From: Mycoplasma mycoides subsp. capri
GTDB lineage: Bacteria > Bacillota_I > Bacilli_A > Mycoplasmatales > Mycoplasmataceae
Length of the DNA: 32,000 nucleotides
NCBI RefSeq assembly: GCF_018389705.1
Contig: NZ_CP065581.1
Coordinates: 900,001 to 932,000 of the forward strand
Direction of reading: 5' to 3'
Within the stretch, counting starts at the first letter, position 1. Every line of letters begins with the position of its first letter. The position numbers and the translations under genes are program-made. Below, one piece after another: positions 22,514-32,000 of this stretch. The notes under the pieces are model-generated. The model saw only the letters and a list, made by a program, of their open reading frames with translations, did not search any database and was not told the origin of the DNA.

Positions 22514-23331
22514 TGAAATTAAGATTAGATGAATATATCTATAAAAACAACTTAACACAATCAAGAAATAAAGCAAAAGAACATATTCTTAATAAAGAAG
22601 TTTATGTTAATAATATAGCTATTATAAAACCAAGTTTTTTAGTTGATAGTAATGATCTTATTGAAATCAGATCAACTAAATTAGAATATGTTTCAAGAGC
22701 TTATGAGAAACTTAAAAAAGCTATAAATAAATGAAATATTGATCTAACTAATAAAATTTGTTTAGATATTGGAGCTTCAACTGGTGGATTTACTCAGTGT
22801 TGTTTAGATAATAATGCTAGTTTAGTTTATGCTGTTGATGTTGGAACAGATCAATTACACTTATCACTTTTAAGTAATTTAAAAGTTATTAATATGAGTC
22901 AGTATAATTTTAGAAATGCTAAAAAACAGGATTTTTTAAAAAATATTGATTTTGTTTGTTGTGATGTTAGTTTTATTTCTTTAGAAAAGATTTTTTTACC
23001 TTTAAAAGATATTGTTGAATTTAATACAAGTGGGGTGTTTTTAATAAAACCTCAATTTGAATTACAACCTAAAAATATTAAAAATGGAAGAATTAATTCT
23101 AAACTAGATCATAAACAAGCAATCTTAAAAGTAATTAGTTATGCAAATAACAATAGTTTTGATGTTATTAATTTAGATTACTCTCCGATTCTAGGAAATA
23201 AAAAACAAAATATTGAATATTTAGCTTATGTTATTAAAAAAGAAAATAATTATAAAATTTGAAAAGAAGATCAAATTAATCAACTAGTAAATATAGCTTG
23301 AAAAGAATTAAAAAATAGGTTAGATCAATAA
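22513..23331 (+). CDS. tlyA: TlyA family rRNA methyltransferase / S4-domain protein
   Basis: S4 domain MKLRLDEYIYKNNLTQSRNKAKEHILNKEVYVN; YVSRAYEKLKKAI; LDIGASTGGFTQCCL; DFVCCDVSFISLEKI; LIKPQFEL. Joined across TGA(Trp). Confidence 0.92.
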
Positions 23332-23341
23332 CCTATTTTTT
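23311..23341. terminator. Terminator hairpin spanning the convergent tlyA/coaE 3' ends
   Basis: AAAAATAGGTT / AACCTATTTTT inverted repeat with 8-nt loop and T-run, overlapping both stop codons. Confidence 0.8.
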
Positions 23342-23877
23342 TGTATATAAAACTCTAGTTGATAAAAATTACTAATAACTAAATCAGGTTTTTTTCTTTT
23401 AATTGATTTATTTTGATTTCTTCTAATTCTTAAAATATCTCTTATATTAGTTTTGTCTCTTTTTAAAACTCTAAAAATAGATTTTAATAAACTAGATTTA
23501 ACTTTAACAATTAGATCTAAATTAGTTAAGTTTAATTCAAATAATAAAGCGGCTTCAATAATGTAATTAGTATTTGGATTGTTTTTGATTTCTTTTTGGA
23601 TTTGTTTACTGATTAGTGGTCATAATAAACTATCTACTTGTTGTTTTAGTTTTTTATTTGTAAAAAGTTTTTTTCTTAAATATTTTTTATCAACATTATT
23701 ATTTTTAATAATATTATTATCAATTTGAAATAATTTAGATTTAATCTCTTGATTTTCTAATACTTTTTTACTTACATTATCTGCATTAATGATTTTAAAT
23801 TCAGGATGAAAGTTTATAAATTTATTTGAAATATAAGTTTTACCAGATCCTATTTTGCCATAAATACCAATTATCAT
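23320..23877 (-). CDS. coaE: Dephospho-CoA kinase
   Basis: MIIGIYGKIGSGKTYISNKF (P-loop), IINADNVSKKVL, HPEFK..., WPLISKQI, YIIEAALLFE. Start at 23877 preferred over 23889. Frame checked to TAA at 23320-23322. Confidence 0.85.
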
Positions 23878-23878
23878 T

Positions 23879-24154
23879 TTATATACCATGCATTCTAAGT
23901 TGTTTTTCAGCTGAAATTTCAGTTACTGTTATGATTAAGTTATTTGTTTTATTAACTACAAAAAAGATATTAGTATTAGAAGCTGAAATATAAATTTCAT
24001 TACCTGACATAAAACTTTTAGTTGAATTTCTAATATGTTCTAAACAGATTTCTTTTACTTCATAATCTTTTTTATCTTTTAGTTTAAGCCTTTCTTTAGC
24101 TCTTTGCAAGCCATGATAACTGAAACTAAAATTATGTCTGTAATAATAACTCAT
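23879..24154 (-). CDS. Hypothetical small protein, 91 aa
   Basis: MSYYYRHNFSFSYHGLQRAKERLKLKDKKDYEVKEICLEHIRNS...HGI. GGAG 5 nt upstream of ATG at 24154. Stop lies 1 nt before the coaE start, suggesting co-transcription. Confidence 0.65.
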   Translation of the reverse strand: MSYYYRHNFSFSYHGLQRAKERLKLKDKKDYEVKEICLEHIRNSTKSFMSGNEIYISASNTNIFFVVNKTNNLIITVTEISAEKQLRMHGI

Positions 24155-24208
24155 AACAACTCCACTATCAATATAAAATAACAAGTATTACACTTATATT
24201 ATTGTACT

Positions 24209-24326
24209 TATTTGAAACTATATTTTTATCTAAATTAATTATTAATAAATAATTTGTTTAACTTTTTAACAAAAAGGGTAATTTTGCCCTTAATTTTAAA
24301 AAGTTTGCCAGAAAGTGATGAAAAAA
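24209..24326. repeat. Left copy of ~116-bp direct repeat flanking the ATPase gene
   Basis: tatttgaaactatatttttatctaaattaattattaataaataatttgtttaactttttaacaaaaagggtaattttgcccttaattttaaaaagtttgccagaaagtgatgaaaa. Matches 25842-25957, about 90% by eye. Confidence 0.85.
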
Positions 24327-24342
24327 CAAGATAAAATTTAAT

Positions 24343-24399
24343 AAAAGAGGTAATTTTGCCCTTAATTTTAAAAAGTTTTTTGGAAAATGATAGATAAAA
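24343..24399. repeat. Partial repeat-family copy (core GGTAATTTTGCC)
   Basis: aaaagaggtaattttgcccttaattttaaaaagttttttggaaaatgatagataaaaaac. Confidence 0.75.
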
Positions 24400-24417
24400 A
24401 ACTCTAAAGAGGTGTTT

Positions 24418-25719
24418 ATGGAAATAAAAAGAGATTTCTATTTAAATATGCTTATAGAAAAAATGAATAACAAAAAGGTAAAAATTATTACAGGAATAAG
24501 AAGAGCTGGTAAATCATATATACTATTTAAGTTATTTTACAATTACTTACTTTCTAAACAAGTACCAAAAGATCAAATTATTACTATTGCTCTAGATAAT
24601 ATAGACTTTTTAGAGTATAGGCAACCATTAAAATTGAATGAATATATAAAGTCTAGAATAATGGATCAAAACAAACAATATTATGTCCTTATTGATGAAA
24701 TACAATATTGTGAAATAATTAAAAATCCTTATTTTCAAAACAGCAGTTATGATGTTAGTTTTGTTGATGTATTACTAAGTTTAGTTAAAAAAGACAATGT
24801 TGATGTCTATGTAACAGGAAGTAACTCTAAGATGTTATCAACTGATGTTTTTACTCAGTTTAGAGGACGTGGTGATGAAATTTATGTTAGTCCTTTATCT
24901 TTTTTTGAAATACAAAATTTGTTTGAAAATAAAAGACAAGCTTTAGATCATTATATGTTATATGGTGGATTACCTGAAGTTTATAATCTTCAATTAGACA
25001 AGAACAAAACTGAATATTTAAAAGATTTATTTGAAAAAATTTATATTAAAGATATATTAGATAGACATAATATTTATAAGGATAAGCTAGTACTAGAAAC
25101 TTTGTTGAATTTTATTTCTTCTTCAATAGGTTCACTTACAAATCCAAATAAATTATCTAAAAGATTTTTATCTAACATGGAAATAAAAATATCTTCTAGC
25201 ACTATTTCTAATTACTTAGATTATTTTGAAGAGTCTTTTATTATTTCTAAAGCTCAAAGATATGATGTCAAAGGAGCCAAATATTTTACTACACCTTTAA
25301 AATATTACTTTACTGATATTGGATTAAGAAACGCTTGATTAAACTTTAAACAAAACGAAGAATCACATATTATGGAAAACATTATTTATAATGATTTAAT
25401 AAGAAGAGGATATAGTGTAGATGTTGGTGTTGTTGAAATTAGACAAAAAGATGGTGAAGCGTTAAAAAGAACACAACTAGAAATCGATTTTATTGTTAAT
25501 ATATCTCATCAAAGATACTATATTCAATCAGCCTTAAATGTTGATACACTAGAAAAACGCCAACAAGAAACAAGATCATTAATAAATGTAAATGATTCAT
25601 TTAAAAAGATAGTTATTGTTAAAGAAGATATAATTCCAAGACATGATGATAATGGAATATTATATGTGGGACTAGAAAAATTTTTACTAGATGATAGTTT
25701 TTTAGATAGTCTAGTATAA
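24418..25719 (+). CDS. AAA ATPase with C-terminal DUF4143-like domain
   Basis: IITGIRRAGKSYILFKLFYNYL (P-loop), YYVLIDEIQY (Walker B), VDVYVTGSNSKML (sensor), LSFFEI, YMLYGGLPEV, C-terminal ERDFIV-like region EIDFIVN. Joined across TGA. Start at ATG 24418, RBS aaagaggtgttt. Confidence 0.87.
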
Positions 25720-25841
25720 AACTTTTTACACTAAGATATTTAACTATTAATTTTAGTAAATAAAAAATATATTAAAGTTCAAATTGTAATTATATGATAA
25801 ATCATATACTGAGGTATTTAATCATATTCAAATATTTTAAT

Positions 25842-25957
25842 TATTTGAAAATATATTTTTATCTAAATTAATATTCATAAATAATATGCTTAACTTTTTA
25901 ATAAAAAGGGTAATTTTGCCTTTAATTTTAAAAAGTTTACTAGAAAGTAATAAAAAT
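25842..25957. repeat. Right copy of ~116-bp direct repeat flanking the ATPase gene
   Basis: tatttgaaaatatatttttatctaaattaatattcataaataatatgcttaactttttaataaaaagggtaattttgcctttaattttaaaaagtttactagaaagtaataaaaa. Confidence 0.85.
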
Positions 25958-26064
25958 AAGTCTTTTTTTAGAAATTTGAATTATAAATACTAGTTTATGA
26001 TTAGTATATTTAAAAATATTGCTGATTTTTTACAAAATTCATCACACTTTCTGAACTCAAATTT

Positions 26065-26120
26065 AACAAAAAGGGTAATTTTGCCTTTAATTTTAAAATG
26101 TCCCTTGGAAAGTAGTAAGA
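26065..26120. repeat. Fourth copy of the GGGTAATTTTGCC repeat core
   Basis: aacaaaaagggtaattttgcctttaattttaaaatgtcccttggaaagtagtaaga. Confidence 0.8.
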
Positions 26121-26312
26121 ATATATATTCTTTTTACATTAAAAAGAACTACTAAATGCAGTTCTATAAATTCAATATTTCTGAACCTAATGAAGTGTTT
26201 TAGATAAATTTATAAAACATACAATATCAAACTTTTATACGAAAAATTTATATGGAATTCCAGTGTTTTTTTTTCGTAAAATTATTATTTTACAAGTTTA
26301 GAGAGAAAATTT

Positions 26313-26334
26313 AGTCGGATTTCCGACTTTTTTT
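26313..26334 (+). terminator. Strong terminator-like hairpin with no upstream adjacent ORF
   Basis: AGTCGG-ATTT-CCGACT followed by TTTTTT on the plus strand. Confidence 0.75.
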
Positions 26335-26853
26335 GCACTAAATTATTGATACATAACTCAAACAATAATTCTAAACATTAAAAAAGACATTTATTTTAAA
26401 CCATAAATACCATTTTTTATATTAAAAAAACTACCAAATCTCCTGAACCCCATTTTCTGGATTTTAGCCCATGTTTATGGTAGTGGGGAAAAAGGATATT
26501 TAAAAATTTTATAAAGCAGCAAATTATTTGTAACTATATTGATTAATAAAAGAAATATTTATAATTTATAATAAACAATAATAAATATTTTTATTAGTGA
26601 TTTTATTTAAAAAGTAATTATAAAGTTACAATAGGTTGTAATATTTTTGATTTAATAGGTTATCTAAATTCATTTTTATAATTTTATTTTAATTAAAAAA
26701 TTATCTAGTAAACGATTTTTTAAATAGGTTAACATCTTCTAAAACCTGTAATATTCTTTGCTTGTTCATTATGTCTTTTTTTGAAATTAACTTGTATAGG
26801 CATTATTTTTTTTAATAAACATGTTGATAATTTATGATTTAGATTCAATATAT

Positions 26854-26895
26854 AAAAACCCCATTTCCTGGATTTTATTCCAGAATATGGGGTTT
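26854..26895 (-). terminator. Terminator downstream of the opp operon
   Basis: Plus strand AAACCCCAT...CTGG...CCAG...ATGGGGTTT. On the minus strand the stem is followed by TTTTTATAT. Located about 27 nt beyond the oppF stop. Confidence 0.85.
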
Positions 26896-26921
26896 GAAAA
26901 GACTTGTGTTCTTTTTGTTAT

Positions 26922-28244
26922 TTATTTATTTTGTTTTTCAAATTTATACACTTCTAATTCTTTATTTGTAGCTAATACAAAATGATTATTTCCAACATCA
27001 TGTCATTCAGGTTGATTATTTTCATCATATTTATGAATGTTATGATCATAAATTGAACCAATTAAAGAACCTTTTTCATTTTCAATTGAAGGAACAGCAT
27101 CTAATAAACTCTTAGTATAAGGATGATAAGCATTATTAATAATTTCATCAGTTGGTCCTATTTCTAATAAAACTCCTTTATTAATTACAGCAATTCTATC
27201 TGAAATATATTCAACCATTCTTAAGTCATGAGCAATAAATAATATAGTTAAATTATATTTTTTCTTTAACTCATTAAAAATATTAATAACTTGTGCTTGA
27301 ATTGAAACATCTAGAGCTGAAATTGGTTCATCAGCAATTAATAACTTAGGACGTAAAACAACAGATCTACAAATTCCTAAACGTTGTTGTTGACCACCAG
27401 AAAACTCTAAAGGATATCTTGATAAAACACTTTCGTCAAGTCCAACTTGTTTTAGAATTTCAACAATTAAACGGTGCTTACATTCTTTTTCACTAAGTTT
27501 TATTAAAGTTTGTCTTTGTAGTTGAGATTCAACTAATCTATTATAAATAGGAGTGTAAAATTCTTTATCATTTGCTTTTAAGTTATTTAAGATATTTAAT
27601 AAGTCTTCATATACAACTTTATAAGAATTATCTAGTGTATATGTTAGCTTAGTCATCTGATCAACATAATCAAATATTTTGTTAGTCAATTTATCAGAAT
27701 CTTTAATTTGACTAGTAGTATTGTTATAAACTTTTTCATCAAAATCTGTAATATAAATTAATTTTGCGTTTTTAGTATTTGATAATCCTTCACCAACTAC
27801 AGTCTTAACATCTTTAAAAGGATTTAATGAATTAGTTGGATCTTGGAAAATCATTTGTACTTTATTAACCATAAAATTAATAATGTCTTTATGTTTTTTA
27901 CTAAATTTGTTTGTTTTTTCTAAGTTTTTAGGAATGATTCTATCTAGTATTTTGATTTGACCAAAACTATGTGGAGTTAAACCAATAATACTTCTTCCAA
28001 TAGTTGATTTACCAGAACCAGACTCACCAACTAAACCTAGAACCTCTCCATCATAAATATTTAAATTTAGATCTTTAATAGCAGTAAATTCTTTTGCACC
28101 AAACCCATAAACAATATCTAAATTACGAATTTCAACAACAGTTTTTCTATTTTTATAAGCATTTAACATCTCATTAGTACCTTTTCTAATACTACGATAT
28201 AAAGCTTTTTTAAAAGGTTGTTTTTCAATATAATACTTACTCAT
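26922..28244 (-). CDS. oppF: Oligopeptide ABC transporter ATP-binding protein OppF
   Basis: GLVGESGSGKSTIGRSIIGL, QMIFQDPTNSLNPF, YPLEFSGGQQQRLGICRSVVLRPKLLIADEPISALDVSIQAQV. Joined across TGA to TAA at 26922-26924. Confidence 0.93.
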
Positions 28245-29682
28245 TTATAGCCTCTTGTTGTTGTTTTAGTAATTGTTCGTTTTCTTTTAGTTTTAGTGCA
28301 ACTTTAATATTTTGTTGTTCTGATTTAGTTTTATAGTTGTTATAAACCATATCATCTACAAAAATATTTTCACCATAAAGATCATTAAGTATTTTGTCAT
28401 ATTTTTTTCATAAATTCAAAATAGTTTTTGATGGAGTGTAGTTTGGAGCTTGTGATCCTAATAAGTTACTTTTTACAAAATGAGTTGGTGAAATTTGATA
28501 AACTGGAGGTTCTTCGTAAAAATCAATATCTAATGCATAGTCATTTCTAACCGCAAAAGCATCACCTTGAATTTTATTTAAATTAGCTGGAACTGAACCA
28601 CGAATAACTTGTAATTTTTCACCTTTGTTATAATCTGGCATCGAAGTTATCAATCCTCAAGTATAAGGATGTTGAGGGTTTAATAAAATTTCTTCTTTAG
28701 TTCCAGATTCAACAATTTGACCAGCATACATAATATTAATAAAATCAGCAATTGAAGCAACTACTCCTAAATCATGAGTAATAAAAGCAATAGCTATTTT
28801 AAATTGTTCTTGTAATTCTCTAATAACATCTAAAACTAAAGCTTGCACTGTTGGATCTAAAGCTGTTGTTGGTTCATCCATTACTAAAATTTTTGGTTTT
28901 AGTGAAATAATACAAGCAATAGCAACACGTTGAATCATTCCTCCAGATAATTCATGAGGATATTTTTTCATAATTTGTTCAGGATTATTAATTTTAGTTA
29001 GTTTTAAATAATTTAAAGCTTGTTCATAAGCTTGTTTTTTTGTTTGAACAATTTTACTTACTAACATACCTTCTATAATTTGATTTCCAATTTTCATAGT
29101 TGGATCTAATATAGACATAGGATTTTGAAAAACAGCTGAAATCACTCTTCCTCTTAATTTAGATTTTTCTCACTGATATTCATTAAAATTATGAACTTCT
29201 AATCCATACAATTTAACACTTCCAGATTCAATCACTGAATTTGAACCACTTAATCCATACAATAAAGAAGTAATTACTGATTTACCAGAACCAGATTCAC
29301 CAATTAATGCATGAACTTTTCCTTCATAAATTTTTAAACTAGGTCCACGTAAGACTAAATTTTTTTCTTTAGGATTAGCTGGGTTTTTAAAAGATAAATA
29401 AACATCATCAATATGAGCAGCAACATTAACTAATTTTCCAAAAACTTCTTCTTGTTCGACATTTTTAAAAATATCAGTATTTTGTTCATCTTTATTCTTA
29501 TTAAAAAGATTTTTAACTACATTATATTTATGTTTTCAATAATCAATAAAGACTTGAATTATGGACTTATTATTTTTATCTTTGATTTCAAATAGATCTA
29601 ATGGAATTGGCATATTGTTATAAACAAGCGGTGTTTTAAACTTTTTACTATATCCTTGTTTGTTTTTAATTTGATCTTTCAT
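28237..29682 (-). CDS. oppD: Oligopeptide ABC transporter ATP-binding protein OppD
   Basis: LIGESGSGKSVITSLLYG, SAVFQNPMSILDPTMKIG, YPHELSGGMIQRVAIACIISLKPKILVMDEPTTALDPTVQ. Overlaps the oppF start. Confidence 0.93.
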
Positions 29683-29689
29683 ATACTAC

Positions 29690-30700
29690 CTATCTTTGTC
29701 TTAATAATGTATCTTGAACTGAATTAGCCATTAATTGAATAGAAGTAGTTACTAATATTAACATAAATGAAGGAATTAAAACATATCTAGGAAATACAGT
29801 AAAGTTTTTAGATCCATCACTAATTAAATTACCTAAAGTTGCAACATTTGGTATTGATAATCCAATAAATGCTAAAGAAGTTTCAGAAAGTATAATTCCT
29901 GGAATATGAAACACAATTTCAGTAATTAATAAAGGTATTAAAACTGGTAAATAGTTTAATAAAACTTTATAAGTTGGAGTTCCTAAAACTTTTGAAGCAC
30001 TTACTCATTCAAATGATTTTGCTCTTAAAACTTGTGAACGCATTTGATTTGCAATTCCTGTTCAAGAAGTAAAAGATAATGCAAATACCATAACTCAAAA
30101 TGTAGGTTTAATAATAATAGTAATAGTAATCAAAATAATAATAGAAGGTACATTTGAAATAATTTTAATAATAAAAGTCATTAATTTATCAAATATACGA
30201 AAATGACCCATCATAATTCCAATAAATAACCCAATAATTACTTGAATAAAAGTAGCTACAACAGATAAAGTTAATGAATATCTTAATCCATGTCATAATC
30301 TAGCTCATAAATCTCTACCTAATGCATCAGTTCCTAAAATATGACCATTAGTAAAAAATGTTTCATTTCTATTTTCTACATCAATTATTAATGGATCTTT
30401 TGTAGTTAAAGGAATAATTAAAGATAAAACAATTAAAGTTGCTAAAATAACAAATCCAAATACTCCAGCAAATGATCTTGAAAAACGATAAAAGAATTCT
30501 ATAAAAGCATTTTTTTGATTATGCATTTTACTTGTTTCACTAAACTCTAATAAATTACCAACTAGTTGTCATTGTTGATGAGCTAACGGACGTAAAATTT
30601 TATTTGGTGCTAAATCAGATCCGCTAATATTTGTTGGACTTAATTCTGCTCTTTTTTTACGATAATGTCAGTTTTTAAATAATTGAGGTAGTTTTATCAT
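29690..30700 (-). CDS. oppC: Oligopeptide ABC transporter permease OppC
   Basis: IPLTTKDPLIIDVENRNE...HILGTDALGRDLWARLWHGLRYSLTLSVVATFIQ; EXXSFVLG-like region; ETSLAFIGLSIPNVATLGNLISDG. Confidence 0.92.
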
Positions 30701-30701
30701 A

Positions 30702-31775
30702 TTAAGCTTTCTTTCTTACTCTTGGATCAATTACTTTATATAAAGCATCACGACATGTATATGACAAAATAGTTAGTAATGAAAATAGAGTTACCATAAA
30801 TAAAATAATATTAAAATCTTTTGAAGTAATTGCATTTAATAACAACCCACCAGATCCAGTAATAAAGAAAATTTGTTCAATAAATAATGAACCAATAAAA
30901 CTTCCAAAAATTACTACTGGAAAAAAGGTTGCTATTGGAAACAAGGCTGGTTTTAAAGCATGAGTTCAAACAAATCTACGTTTAGTGATTCCTTTTAAAT
31001 AAATAAATTTACAATGTTGAGAATTTAATTCTCTATTTAGTTCAGTTCTAATATATTTAATATAAACAATAATAGAACCAAGAGATAATGAAAACCCTGG
31101 AAGAATATATGATGCTAAATTAGCTTGATCAAAAATATAAGGTATTCCAGCTGATCGGCCTAATAATAACAATCATAAAGCAAATACTAATGATGGGATT
31201 GATGAAAAAATTGAAACTAACACAGTTGCAATATGATCTGGTAATTTATCTGGATTCATACCAACATAAACTCCTAAAGGTATACCAATTAGTAAAGTTA
31301 ACATTACTGAAAATATACCAATTAAAAAGCTTTTATAAAATCTTACTCAAACAAAGTCATTAATTTTTTCACCAGGAAAAACTGATAAACTAATTCCAAA
31401 ATCAAAATGTAAAATGTTATATAAATAAATTCCATATCTAACAAGTAATGGTTGATTTAAACCATAATGCTCTTCAACAGCAGCCTTAGCAGCTTCATCA
31501 AGTCCAGCAGTTAAACCAGTTCCACCTGGTACTGAGTTAATTAAAAAGAAAGTAGCAGTAATAACAATAAAAGCAACAACAAAAAACTCTATAAATATTC
31601 AAATTGTTCTTAGTAATGAAGAAATTCAAGGTGTTTTGATGTTAAAAATACGTTTATGTCAGGAAATATCGTATTTTATTTTGTTACTAAAATCTACATG
31701 TTGTTTATGCTCTATAGCATTTTTTGGTAATGTAGATAAATCATCAACAAAATTAGATGTTGTTTTTGATTTCAT
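30702..31775 (-). CDS. oppB: Oligopeptide ABC transporter permease OppB
   Basis: FFVAVVIVITATFFLINSVPGG, YGLNQPLLVRYGIYLYNILHFDFGIS, RTELNRELNSQHCKFIYLKGITKRRFVWTHALKPALFPIATFFP. RBS taaggagacagaataATG. Confidence 0.93.
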
Positions 31776-32000
31776 TATTCTGTCTCCTTAATATCAGTTG
31801 GTAATTTTGGACTTGGTGGAAAGGCTGTATCGTATGCAAATTGTAATGAATAAGTAAATAGATTATCACTTCCATTTACTCTTGAAATTTCTCAATATGT
31901 ATCAACTTCCATTAAAGGAACAACTGGAGCTGCATCACGAATAATTTTTTCTAAAGCTCCAATAATTCCAAATGATGATTGTTCAGTTCATTTTTCTTCA
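31775..32000 (-). CDS. C-terminus of oligopeptide-binding (substrate-binding) protein, truncated by right edge
   Basis: Frame reads ...EENEWTEQSSFGIIGALEKIIRDAAPVVPLMEVDTYWEISRVNGSDNLFTYSLQFAYDTAFPPSPKLPTDIKETE*. Stop overlaps the oppB start. Assignment as OppA relies mainly on operon position. Confidence 0.7.

Noticed and set aside
23879-25719. Toxin-antitoxin or defence island formed by the 91-aa protein and the DUF4143 ATPase
   Set aside because: The two genes are divergent, separated by about 260 bp with repeats, and neither has recognisable toxin, antitoxin, nuclease or methylase motifs. Evidence is insufficient for a system claim.
24209-25957. Insertion sequence or transposon
   Set aside because: Flanking repeats are direct and long, no inverted termini or transposase is visible, and the enclosed protein is an ATPase without recombinase motifs. 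Kept only as a repeat-flanked cassette hypothesis.
24270-26120. Possible CRISPR-like array because the same short repeat occurs four times
   Set aside because: Spacing is irregular (about 75 bp, 1.5 kb, 160 bp), the copies are imperfect, a gene lies between them and no cas genes are present. Not a CRISPR.
1-32000. Apparent pseudogenes from many short ORFs separated by TGA (PTS, opp, xseA, MFS and others)
   Set aside because: Each interruption is TGA in frame at a conserved Trp or hydrophobic position. This is the mycoplasma genetic code (code 4), not gene decay.

Overview
This is a mycoplasma chromosomal segment. UGA is clearly read as Trp: most ORFs in the supplied track are fragments that rejoin in frame across TGA. 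Gene content and very low GC fit the Mycoplasma mycoides/capricolum group (inference). Reading across TGA gives these genes. Left part: a PTS IIC-IIB permease (truncated at the left edge), an MFS transporter, a lipoprotein with two tandem repeats, an alpha/beta hydrolase, a second MFS-like transporter, threonine ammonia-lyase, TatD nuclease, an ABC-F ATPase, PlsY and a small orphan membrane protein. Middle part: GalU plus a processive family-2 glycosyltransferase, a membrane-anchored S41 protease, tRNA-Lys(CTT), RibF, endonuclease IV, a Ser/Thr-rich lipoprotein and nusB-xseA-xseB-tlyA. Right part: coaE and a small orphan protein (minus strand), a DUF4143-type AAA ATPase flanked by long direct repeats, an unusually large ORF-free interval of about 1.2 kb with terminator-like hairpins, and oppFDCB plus the C-terminus of the substrate-binding protein. 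I see no convincing new multi-gene system, CRISPR array, prophage or intact IS element. The best leads are the direct-repeat-flanked ATPase, the ORF-free region with an orphan terminator (candidate small RNA), the poly-A(19) tract before the galU promoter/leader, the galU/processive synthase pair, and the apparently eroded nucleotidyltransferase domain of RibF. Most boundaries were derived by hand from codon frames, and all product names are motif-based without database searches.
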